Shown: piece by piece, positions 16,376-24,463 of the stretch
Layout: each line of letters starts with the position of its first letter
How positions within the stretch are numbered: position 1 is the first letter of the stretch
IMG/VR virus record: IMGVR_UViG_3300025540_000001
Strand: one strand, 5' to 3'
From: a virus
Length of the DNA: 49,061 bases
Position numbers and translations under genes: made by a program
The notes under the pieces: model-generated
The model's input: the letters and a program-made list of their open reading frames with translations, nothing else
What the model was told of the DNA's origin: nothing
Database searches by the model: none

Positions 16376-17332
16376 ATGAACCATTACCGTTTAGAAACCA
16401 TTTACACACTGCTGCAACCTTTAAGCCATATCGGGGAAAGCGAATCAACTCAAAGCTTTCTGAATACGACTACAGTCGTCAACGATGGAAAGCCGGAGGA
16501 AGTATTTGTTTATACGGGAAATGCTTTGAGAGGCATGCTGCGGGACTGTGGGGCGCGTTACTTACTAAACCGGTTAGATATTCGTGTCCCGTTAAAAGCC
16601 TTCCATCTGTTGTTCAGTGGCGGCTCAATCGGTGGTGCCCAGGCGCTGGATATCGATCAGGCGAAGGTAATTCGTAAAGCCCTGCCATTTGTGTCACTGT
16701 TCGGAGGAGGCGTCGGAAATCAGATTCTGGACGGCAAATTGAAGCAGACCTTTGTTTACCCTGTATGCAAAGAAACGAACAACATTATACCAAGTTATGT
16801 TGAAAAGTCCGACTATAGTTGGAGACATTTTACAAATGTGATTGAGTTTACCCGGAAAGATGACGAGAAGAATGTGAACCTTGCAGAGCAGTTTTTAATT
16901 GGACAAACTGAACAGCAGTTACTCGAGGGAGAAACCACCAAAAAGAAAAAAGAAAAAGACGGCCCAGCCACACAAATGCGGTATGCAGTTGAATATTTGG
17001 CAGCTGGCACGAAACTCTGGCACCGGTGGGATATCATTTGTGATGAGCTGGAACTCGGGGCGTTTGTTTCCTGTCTGCATGAATGGCAAAAGCAGCCTTA
17101 TCTTGGAGGAAAAAACGGATCCGGATTTGGACTTGTTCAAGCAGACATGGATGTGATTATTAATGGGGAAAGAAAGAAATTCGCCGATATTAGCCCGGAA
17201 ACCGTTTTCCTCGGAGAAATTGCAAAAAAAGCAAAAGAAACATATGACGCTCATCTTAAAGAAATGTACGACAATTATGTCATTGATAACAAAGAGGAGT
17301 TTACAAAGCTTTTGGCAGGCGAGGTGAAATGA
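16376..17332 (+). CDS. cas7: Cas7-like RAMP protein (Csf2/Csm3/Cmr4-like backbone subunit)
   Basis: 318 aa. ATG at 16376 with RBS GAGGAGG. RAMP signatures YTGNALRGMLRD, FVSLFGGGVGN and C-terminal glycine-rich loop YLGGKNGSGFGLV. Confidence 0.75.
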   Translation: MNHYRLETIYTLLQPLSHIGESESTQSFLNTTTVVNDGKPEEVFVYTGNALRGMLRDCGARYLLNRLDIRVPLKAFHLLFSGGSIGGAQALDIDQAKVIRKALPFVSLFGGGVGNQILDGKLKQTFVYPVCKETNNIIPSYVEKSDYSWRHFTNVIEFTRKDDEKNVNLAEQFLIGQTEQQLLEGETTKKKKEKDGPATQMRYAVEYLAAGTKLWHRWDIICDELELGAFVSCLHEWQKQPYLGGKNGSGFGLVQADMDVIINGERKKFADISPETVFLGEIAKKAKETYDAHLKEMYDNYVIDNKEEFTKLLAGEVK

Positions 17333-18012
17333 AGAATTTGAAGATCACGGCCCGTCTTTTGGACGGGCGCGTGAACTCCAATGATGGCATTTTTAATTTG
17401 GATAGTATCTTGGCTTATGCGTGGATGCTGGAAAATCATCCGGATGACTTGCAGAATAACAATTTACGGCCTGATAACGTAATTGAACCGGATTTGCCAC
17501 TGGCAAAGGATGAAGATGGCCGGTGGAAAGCATCCCTCGGATTTTACGAACAACATGCTGAAATCGTTGAGTATTGGCATAAAAAAGTAAACGACTTTGA
17601 CGCGGCCTATTATGTGGACTTCCAGGGCAAACGTGGCAAGATTAACGGTGCATCCGGTGAATATAAAGCTTATCGTATGCCACAAATAATACGGGTTGTG
17701 AGTGATATTGAATTTTATGCCGTCGGGGATCCTGACGAAATTCGGCGCCTACTTGGATATGTAACCAATATCGGTAAGAAAGCATCACAGGGCTATGGTT
17801 ATGTACGAGAATGGGCCATAGAAGAAATTGAAGACGACTATACGGATATCGGGCCATATGGAATTATGCGGACACGTCCATTTACAGGCGAGCTCCCGAA
17901 CGATGGACAAGCCTATCAAATTAAGAAAGTGCGTCTAAAACCGCCCTACCATTTACACATAGACCGGGTGCCATGCATTATCCCAAACGTGAGGAGAGAT
18001 CAGCTTGCTTAA
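17329..18012 (+). CDS. cas5: Cas5-like RAMP protein (Csf3-like)
   Basis: 227 aa. Start overlaps the cas7-like stop (ATGA). Glycine-rich loop NIGKKASQGYGYV. Position directly after Cas7. Confidence 0.55.
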   Translation: MKNLKITARLLDGRVNSNDGIFNLDSILAYAWMLENHPDDLQNNNLRPDNVIEPDLPLAKDEDGRWKASLGFYEQHAEIVEYWHKKVNDFDAAYYVDFQGKRGKINGASGEYKAYRMPQIIRVVSDIEFYAVGDPDEIRRLLGYVTNIGKKASQGYGYVREWAIEEIEDDYTDIGPYGIMRTRPFTGELPNDGQAYQIKKVRLKPPYHLHIDRVPCIIPNVRRDQLA

Positions 18013-18721
18013 AATAAAACTTCCTGTCCAATTTGACGACGGAAAGGCTATGTATGATGCGGTATTGGCGATCATTCATAAGCAGTCTCCTGTGCTGTCT
18101 AAAATGATTCATGATAACTACGATTACAACCCATTTAGTGTTGAGTTACCTAATATTGTAAATGTTATAGGCTTAGAGATTGAACCATTTTTTAAAAACC
18201 TGAATGGTATCGAAATATTAAGAGAAGTGTCGTATAAGGATTTAATGAACAGAAAATATGATAATCTGACAATTATGGTACAGTTTCACAATACGACGTT
18301 TTCCCGAAAAGGTTATGACACGCCTATTCCGGATCCAAACCATATTCTTTTAAGCCTTAAAGAGCGTTGGAATCAGCTTTTTCCGGATAAAATCGATATC
18401 AAAATTCCATTTCATGGAGAAAATACAAGGGAATATACGGTAATTAAATTCTTGAATATCCATTCGGCAGCACACAAAATAGCTGACTATCGGCCATACA
18501 CCGTTTTTTATGGCAAAGTGGGATTTAAATTTTACGGAGACGAGGCATACGTTCAAAAAGCAAATATTCTTTTTCGGTTTGCTGAATTTGCGGGTGTTGG
18601 ACTTAAGCGGCAAATGGGAATGGGGGTTACAAAAATATTGGCAAAAGGGGACGTGAAAACAAATGATGACAGAAGCAGAGAAAGAAACGTACATGCTGCG
18701 TGCGACGCTGCCGGGATTTAA
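18005..18721 (+). CDS. cas6: Cas6-like RAMP protein
   Basis: 238 aa. TTG start with RBS GAGGAG. N-terminal MLKIKLPV...IHDNYDYNPFSVEL (the Cas6 H...kPFtfS pattern). C-terminal FAEFAGVGLKRQMGMGV glycine-rich loop. Confidence 0.65.
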   Translation: MLKIKLPVQFDDGKAMYDAVLAIIHKQSPVLSKMIHDNYDYNPFSVELPNIVNVIGLEIEPFFKNLNGIEILREVSYKDLMNRKYDNLTIMVQFHNTTFSRKGYDTPIPDPNHILLSLKERWNQLFPDKIDIKIPFHGENTREYTVIKFLNIHSAAHKIADYRPYTVFYGKVGFKFYGDEAYVQKANILFRFAEFAGVGLKRQMGMGVTKILAKGDVKTNDDRSRERNVHAACDAAGI

Positions 18722-19439
18722 AAGAAAAGTATCAAGAAGTTTAGAAATTATTCGCGAAGCACTGGCAATAGAAGGCATTAAGTGGTCTGCATCCGTTAGT
18801 TTTGGTAAAGATAGCCTTGTAATGCTCGATTTGCTAAGTCAAGTGATGGACGAAATACCCGTTTATTTTATGGACAGTGATTATAAACTCCCAGAAATAT
18901 ATGAAACTATTGAAAAAGCACAAGAAAGATATAAAATAAATATTAGTAAGGCCTATTTCGCAGACAGGCGCCCGATGAAAGAAGTATGGGATCAATTCGG
19001 GATCCCGGGCATTAACCGAACTACATCCATGCAAAATAAGGCACTAAAAGTATTAAAGAAAGACGTTTCCGACAGATGGGCAAAAGAAAATGGATACAAC
19101 GGTATCTTTTGGGGTATCCGCAAACAGGAGTCCAGTCAACGGAAATGGATGGTCACATCATTTGGCGTGACATTTGAGAATAAGCAAGGATTTTACCGGT
19201 GCGCCCCCCTAGCCTATTGGGATGCCAGTGACATCTGGGCGTACATCGTATCGAGAAACTTGGATTATCCAAAGCTGTATGATTACCAAAAGTATCAAAC
19301 CCGTGATTGGATCAGGAATACCGGTTGGGCAACGACAGACGGGGCAGAACGCGGCCGAATCGTTTGGCTTCGTGAATTTTACCCAAACTACTACGACGAA
19401 TTACGGTGGATGCTGCCGAAAATAGATGAATACATTTAA
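18663..19439 (+). CDS. PAPS-reductase-family / CysH-like PP-loop protein
   Basis: 258 aa. PP-loop variant SVSFGKDS. Motifs WGIRKQESSQR and RCAPLAYWDASDIWAYIVSRNLDYPKLYD. No C-terminal ECGxH-type redox Cys motif is visible. Overlaps the cas6-like gene by 59 nt. Confidence 0.8.
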   Translation: MMTEAEKETYMLRATLPGFKRKVSRSLEIIREALAIEGIKWSASVSFGKDSLVMLDLLSQVMDEIPVYFMDSDYKLPEIYETIEKAQERYKINISKAYFADRRPMKEVWDQFGIPGINRTTSMQNKALKVLKKDVSDRWAKENGYNGIFWGIRKQESSQRKWMVTSFGVTFENKQGFYRCAPLAYWDASDIWAYIVSRNLDYPKLYDYQKYQTRDWIRNTGWATTDGAERGRIVWLREFYPNYYDELRWMLPKIDEYI

Positions 19440-19456
19440 GTCCGAGGGAAGAACCC

Positions 19457-19510
19457 AGGACGCTGAATTTGCACGCTTTGTGCTGATTTAGCGTCCTTTT
19501 TTATTTTTTT
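19457..19510 (+). terminator. Strong intrinsic terminator closing the RAMP/CysH-like operon
   Basis: AGGACGCT (19457-19464) pairs with AGCGTCCT (19490-19497). A nested GCAC/GTGC hairpin sits inside. Followed by TTTTTTATTTTTTT. Confidence 0.8.
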
Positions 19511-19523
19511 AGGAGGAAACCAA

Positions 19524-19712
19524 ATGGGCACATTACAAGACGAATTGAAAAAATGGGAAAAGCAGAATCCAAACAAAGGGAAAAAGCCACGAGGAAAGCC
19601 AAGAAAGTCGAAATCAGAGCATTTAAGCGAACGTGAGATAAAAGATCTTATGGGATATTATGATCCCGTATATAAGCGAGGGAGAGGCGGAGCATGGAGA
19701 AATGGAAGATGA
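19524..19712 (+). CDS. Small highly basic protein
   Basis: 62 aa. RBS AGGAGG. K/R-rich (KGKKPRGKPRKSK). Confidence 0.6.
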   Translation: MGTLQDELKKWEKQNPNKGKKPRGKPRKSKSEHLSEREIKDLMGYYDPVYKRGRGGAWRNGR

Positions 19713-20170
19713 ACAAGCAAGAAATCTCACAGGCATTAAAGGATTATCATTGGATGATCAACGAAATCAAGAGACAGCGCAAAATGCTGGAGAATGAAGT
19801 GAGAAGCAACATCACATCCCAATATGGGGAAGAATCCGCCTTACCGAATCCAAAAGGAACAAATAGTGATCCGGTTTACCGTGAAATTTTACGTCGGGAG
19901 AAGACACATCAATGGATTAATCGGTTGCAGAAGAAAGTGCTGTTTATTCAGGAACATGTTGATTGCGTGCAAGGAGAACGCGAACGTGCCGTGCTGGAGT
20001 GCCTGCTGGACGGAATGAGCGTCATTGCCATTAGCCGACATATGGGGCTATCAGAACGGAATATTCGGGCCATCCGTGCCAATATTGTGGACACGATGTA
20101 TGAAAATGCCGGAAATGCCGGAAATGCCGGAAATGCCGGTTTTGCCGGAAATGCCGAGATTGCCGGATAG
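19694..20170 (+). CDS. ArpU/RinA-like late transcription activator (sigma-70 region-4-like HTH) with a C-terminal (NAG)n tail
   Basis: 158 aa. ERAVLECLLDGMSVIAISRHMGLSERNIRAIRANI is a region-4-type HTH. Located just upstream of the packaging genes. Alternative start at 19709. Confidence 0.65.
   Translation: MEKWKMNKQEISQALKDYHWMINEIKRQRKMLENEVRSNITSQYGEESALPNPKGTNSDPVYREILRREKTHQWINRLQKKVLFIQEHVDCVQGERERAVLECLLDGMSVIAISRHMGLSERNIRAIRANIVDTMYENAGNAGNAGNAGFAGNAEIAG
20105..20167 (+). repeat. Seven tandem 9-bp units (AATGCCGGA-type), in frame at the 3' end of the activator gene
   Basis: Three perfect AATGCCGGA units, then AATGCCGGT, TTTGCCGGA, AATGCCGAG and ATTGCCGGA, then the stop. They encode NAGNAGNAGNAGFAGNAEIAG. 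Confidence 0.9.
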
Positions 20171-20399
20171 ATGAAGTACAATAAAAAATATGTGTAAAAT
20201 GGAAGGCAGGACCGGAGAGGAAAAATCCGGGGCGTGAGAAATTTCATGAAACCCATGATTCACCTTGCGGTGAACAATACCGAGTTCGGGATATGCGCTT
20301 ATGCCATAAGGGTTTCAAAGCTTTGTAATTTTAGTACTTTTATATGCTCATGGCCCTTTCGAAAACTGATATACTTATCGTTATCGGAGGGGGAAATAT

Positions 20400-20660
20400 A
20401 TGAAAACATCATTACTTATTTCGGTATATCTAGGAGTTGAACAAAATCCTTATCGGGTAATTTCCAAGAATGAACCGAATAGATCTCAGATTCAACAGCT
20501 AATAAGAAATATTTTTAAAACAATAGAGATTGACGTGGATATTGTTTACACGGGGTTTGAACAGCCGTATCGTGATAACAAAAAATACTCATTTACTGTA
20601 AATGGTATTGATTGCACTGTAACGGTTGAGAGATTGAACTATATGGAATTTGAAAAGTAA
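20400..20660 (+). CDS. Hypothetical protein
   Basis: 86 aa. Strong RBS GGAGGGGG. Terminator directly downstream. Confidence 0.65.
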   Translation: MKTSLLISVYLGVEQNPYRVISKNEPNRSQIQQLIRNIFKTIEIDVDIVYTGFEQPYRDNKKYSFTVNGIDCTVTVERLNYMEFEK

Positions 20661-20685
20661 AAGCACCCTTCGGGGTGTTTTTTTA
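20661..20685 (+). terminator. Intrinsic terminator
   Basis: AAGCACCC-TTCG-GGGTGTTT followed by a T-run. Confidence 0.7.
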
Positions 20686-20723
20686 TTGCATGCTTATCCA
20701 TAACATCTCGGAGGCAATAGAAA

Positions 20724-21938
20724 ATGGAAATTAAAAAAGTTGCAATCGAGCAGATTAATCCAGCTGAATATAATCCTCGGATAGACTTAAAACCAGGAGA
20801 TCCTCAATATGATAAGCTAAAAAAATCCATTGAAGAGTTTGGGTATGTGGATCCCTTAATTTGGAATAAAAGAACGGGAAATTTAGTTGGCGGCCATCAG
20901 CGCTTTAAGATTCTAAAATCGAGTGGAATAACAGAAGTTGAGGTTTCTGTCGTTGACCTCGATATTGATAGAGAAAAAGCTCTAAACTTGGCTCTAAATA
21001 AAATAAGTGGCGGGTGGGATGAATCAAAATTAACCGTGCTGCTGCAGGAATTGGATGAAAGTGATATCGGAATAGAGTTAACTGGTTTCGATGAAAGCGA
21101 ATTTGAAGACTTAATCGAATCATTAGAAAGCCAACTTCCTCTTGAAACAGAAGATGATGAATTTGACGTTGAGGAGGAGCTTCAAAATATTGAAGAACCA
21201 GAAACACGTCCGGGAGATATATGGCAATTAGGTCACCATCGTTTAATATGTGGGGACAGTACTGACATTAAAGTTATTTCTCGCTTGATGGATGGCCAAC
21301 TCGCTTCAATGGTATTCACTGATCCGCCATATAATGTGGATTATGAAGGAAAAACGGAAGATTCTTTAAAAATAATGAACGATAAAATGGACGATAAACA
21401 ATTTTATCAGTTTTTATTTGATTTATATACGTCTATGTTCAGCGTTACTGAAGAAGGTGGCGCTATTTACGTTTGCCATGCAGATTCAGAAGGTCAAAAC
21501 TTTAGGCGGGCAATGGTGGAATCAGGGTGGCTTTTAAAACAGTGCATTATATGGGTAAAGAATCAAATCGTAATTGGCCGGCAAGATTATCAATGGCAGC
21601 ACGAACCGATTCTTTATGGGTGGAAGCCTGGTGCTTCTCATAAATGGTATGGTGACCGAAAGCAATCTACAGTATGGTTTTTTGATAAACCCCAGCGAAA
21701 CGGAGAACATCCAACAATGAAACCCATACCACTCGTTGCAAACGCAATCCAGAATTCATCAAAGAAAGGCGATATTGTTCTTGATGTTTGTGGTGGCAGT
21801 GGAACAACAATGATGGCTGCTGAACAGACAGAACGAATTTGCTATATGAGTGAAATGGATCCGAAATATTGTGATGTTATTAAAAATCGATACGAAAACT
21901 TAACAGGAAATAAAGCAAAATTATTGATGAGAGCATAA
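20724..21938 (+). CDS. ParB-like nuclease domain fused to a DNA N6-adenine/N4-cytosine methyltransferase (orphan)
   Basis: 404 aa. N-terminal INPAEYNPR...GGHQRF (ParB-N). Catalytic motif VFTDPPYNV. C-terminal SAM motif DVCGGSGTT. No adjacent restriction gene. Confidence 0.85.
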   Translation: MEIKKVAIEQINPAEYNPRIDLKPGDPQYDKLKKSIEEFGYVDPLIWNKRTGNLVGGHQRFKILKSSGITEVEVSVVDLDIDREKALNLALNKISGGWDESKLTVLLQELDESDIGIELTGFDESEFEDLIESLESQLPLETEDDEFDVEEELQNIEEPETRPGDIWQLGHHRLICGDSTDIKVISRLMDGQLASMVFTDPPYNVDYEGKTEDSLKIMNDKMDDKQFYQFLFDLYTSMFSVTEEGGAIYVCHADSEGQNFRRAMVESGWLLKQCIIWVKNQIVIGRQDYQWQHEPILYGWKPGASHKWYGDRKQSTVWFFDKPQRNGEHPTMKPIPLVANAIQNSSKKGDIVLDVCGGSGTTMMAAEQTERICYMSEMDPKYCDVIKNRYENLTGNKAKLLMRA

Positions 21939-22064
21939 AGAAAAGGGATGTTAGCGCACCCTCCTTTTATTAATTGCTGATAACCACAGCAGAGATAGTG
22001 AAACAGCTTGACTATGATAGTCTAAAGAGCGCTATCTCGATTCCTATTTTAGTTTAGGAATGGG

Positions 22065-22295
22065 GTGCTTGCAATAAAAAACAAAAACAAGAGTTCGCAA
22101 GATGAATTGTTACAGCATGAATTAGAAGTCTTGGCGGGCATCGCAACATCAAAAGAAAAATATAGAAAGATTGTACAGGCGGGCATCGCTCAATGGATTC
22201 GTGACTTCCAAAGTGGGAAAATTAGAGTCACTACCGTTGATGATTTGAAAAAACTAATTGAGATAGATTTGGAACTCCAAAAAGACGAGTTATAA
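22065..22295 (+). CDS. Hypothetical protein upstream of terS
   Basis: 76 aa, GTG start. No motif recognised. Confidence 0.45.
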   Translation: MLAIKNKNKSSQDELLQHELEVLAGIATSKEKYRKIVQAGIAQWIRDFQSGKIRVTTVDDLKKLIEIDLELQKDEL

Positions 22296-22332
22296 AAAAC
22301 AACTTAATTTGTGGGGGTGGCGGTGATGTGAC

Positions 22333-23202
22333 GTGGCAAGACCTAGAGACCCGAGACGAGACGAAGCAAAAGACATATGGTTAAAGAGCGGCGGAAATCT
22401 TAAATTGGTTGACCTTGCTAAACGGATGGGTGTCACGAGCAATACCGTACGAAAGTGGAAAGCAACAGACAAATGGGATGCTGAATTAAAAGGGAGCGCT
22501 CCTAAAACAAAAAGGAGCGCTCCTAAAAGCTCTAAAGGAAAGCGTGGCGCCCCAAAGGGAAATCAAAATGCCAAAGGAAACTCGGGTGGTGCTCCGGTTG
22601 GAAACAAAAATTCAGTAAAGACTGGAGAATATGAATCACTTATGTGGGATTTTCTTGATGATGATGAAAAGGCGTTATTTCCAGTAATTCCAACTGACAC
22701 AATTTTTCAACTGGAGATGACTATCCGGGAGTTAACCATTCGGCAACGCCGCATGATGAAGCGCATCAAACGAATAGAAGATGGGCTCACTGAAAAGCAG
22801 CGAACAGTTTTACAAGAATTAAAAGATATGAAAGATATTCATGTTGTTGAAAAAAATGGGGTCGAAGTCAATGTCCCTGTTAAAACTTCTGCTTTAGTTG
22901 TAACCAAGATTGAGGAAACAGAATTCAAAAAAATTGATGATATTTTAAGCCTTGAAGAGGCACTCACACGTGTGACAGATAAACTTTTAAAGGCGTTAAA
23001 ACAGAAAAATGAAATAGAACGTGATGAGATTGAAAAACAGCTCAAGCTAGAAAAGATGCGAGTGGAAATCACTAAAACAAAAGCTGAAATCAAGGAAATC
23101 ACGAATGAAAGCAACCCGGACGACCGGACGATCATTATCAACAACGAGGATGAAATGAGGCGGATTTTGAATGAACGCAATCAAAATAACCGACCTGATT
23201 AA
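22333..23202 (+). CDS. terS: Terminase small subunit
   Basis: 289 aa. N-terminal HTH LVDLAKRMGVTSNTVRKWK. GAPKGNQNAKGNSGGAPVGNKN repeats typical of YqaS-type small terminases. Directly upstream of and overlapping terL. Confidence 0.75.
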   Translation: MARPRDPRRDEAKDIWLKSGGNLKLVDLAKRMGVTSNTVRKWKATDKWDAELKGSAPKTKRSAPKSSKGKRGAPKGNQNAKGNSGGAPVGNKNSVKTGEYESLMWDFLDDDEKALFPVIPTDTIFQLEMTIRELTIRQRRMMKRIKRIEDGLTEKQRTVLQELKDMKDIHVVEKNGVEVNVPVKTSALVVTKIEETEFKKIDDILSLEEALTRVTDKLLKALKQKNEIERDEIEKQLKLEKMRVEITKTKAEIKEITNESNPDDRTIIINNEDEMRRILNERNQNNRPD

Positions 23203-24463
23203 CCCGGTGTTTTATGATTTCTGGTTAAACGATAAGCCGAACAGCATTTTAAAAGGCGGCCGGTCATCCATGAAATCATCAGTCATATCCCTAAAGCTTG
23301 TCATCGATTTTTTAAACGATGATCAGGGAAACGTTGTGGTGCTCCGAAAGGTTGGCAAATACTTGTCAACATCCGTTTATGAACAAATCAAATGGGCCGT
23401 ATACATGCTCAAAGTGGAAAATGAGTTCTATTTTGGTAAATCACCGTTGATCATTCGACATAAACGGACAAACACGGCGTTTTATTTTTACGGTGTTGAC
23501 GATCCGATGAAAATCAAATCCGCCAAGATTGCAAAGGGATATGTCATGGCACTTTGGTTTGAGGAACTGGCCGAGTTTGCAGGCGTTGAGGATATCGATA
23601 TTGTTTCCGATACGTTCATCCGGCAGGACCTGGGCGACAAAGAGGTTAAAATCTATTACTCATACAATCCGCCCCGAAACCCGTATGAGTGGGTGAATGA
23701 ATGGGTTGACAGCAAAGCCGGGGATCAGGATTATTTCATCCACCATTCAACCTATATGGATGACGAGAAAGGTTTCCTGTCGCATCAGATGATCCGGAAA
23801 ATCGAACAGTACAAGGAAAATGACCTTGATTACTGGCGCTGGATGTATGCCGGTGAGATTATCGGCCTCGGCGATATGGTTTACAATATGAACCATTTCC
23901 ATTGGATTGATGAGCTGCCGCAAGATGATGACCTGTTGCTGATCGATATCGCGATTGATTCCGGGTACCAGACATCTGCGACAACGTTTTGTGCATTCGG
24001 ACTTACGAAACGGTTAAATGTCATTTTGCTTGACACTTATTACTATTCTCCTCAAAATCGAGTCGTTAAAAAAGCGCCGAGTGAATTCTCAACCGACTTG
24101 AAAGAGTTTGAAGTTAAGTTAGCGGAGTTTAGGAGAAACATCGACATGAGGACGATAGACAGTGCAGAGGGTGCTTTGAGAAACCAATACATGAAAGATT
24201 TTGGTGTGCGGCTGCATCCAATCGCAAAAAAGAAAAAGGTGAACATGATCGAGAACGTTCAAGACCTGCTTGCGCAAGGTCGTTTTTTTATGCTCCGAAA
24301 CAATAACAATCAGATTTTTTATGAAGAGCACAAGAAGTACCAATGGGACGCTGACACGTTGCAGAGTGATGATCCTAAAGTAATCAAGGTTGATGATCAC
24401 ACTTGTGATGCCTTCCAATACTACGTCAATGACAATTTGCAGAAACTGCGATTGAAATATTAA
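23171..24463 (+). CDS. terL: Terminase large subunit (PBSX/XtmB-like)
   Basis: 430 aa. Walker-A-like LKGGRSSMKSS. Size and position between terS and portal. Confidence 0.85.
   Translation: MNAIKITDLINPVFYDFWLNDKPNSILKGGRSSMKSSVISLKLVIDFLNDDQGNVVVLRKVGKYLSTSVYEQIKWAVYMLKVENEFYFGKSPLIIRHKRTNTAFYFYGVDDPMKIKSAKIAKGYVMALWFEELAEFAGVEDIDIVSDTFIRQDLGDKEVKIYYSYNPPRNPYEWVNEWVDSKAGDQDYFIHHSTYMDDEKGFLSHQMIRKIEQYKENDLDYWRWMYAGEIIGLGDMVYNMNHFHWIDELPQDDDLLLIDIAIDSGYQTSATTFCAFGLTKRLNVILLDTYYYSPQNRVVKKAPSEFSTDLKEFEVKLAEFRRNIDMRTIDSAEGALRNQYMKDFGVRLHPIAKKKKVNMIENVQDLLAQGRFFMLRNNNNQIFYEEHKKYQWDADTLQSDDPKVIKVDDHTCDAFQYYVNDNLQKLRLKY

Noticed and set aside
15172-16448. Minus-strand ORFs (15172-15603, 15966-16448) and plus-strand alternative-frame ORFs within the RAMP module
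   Set aside because: They oppose a tightly coupled plus-strand operon. They have no RBS, and the plus-strand frames carry recognisable RAMP motifs.
20105-20167. Tandem repeat considered as a possible mini CRISPR array
   Set aside because: The units are only 9 bp, contiguous with no spacers, and in frame within a coding sequence. This is a coding microsatellite, not a CRISPR.
20234-20440. 68-aa plus-strand ORF in the gap after the late activator
   Set aside because: It has no RBS at a suitable distance. It overlaps the strongly initiated gene at 20400 and has Cys/Phe-rich, atypical composition.
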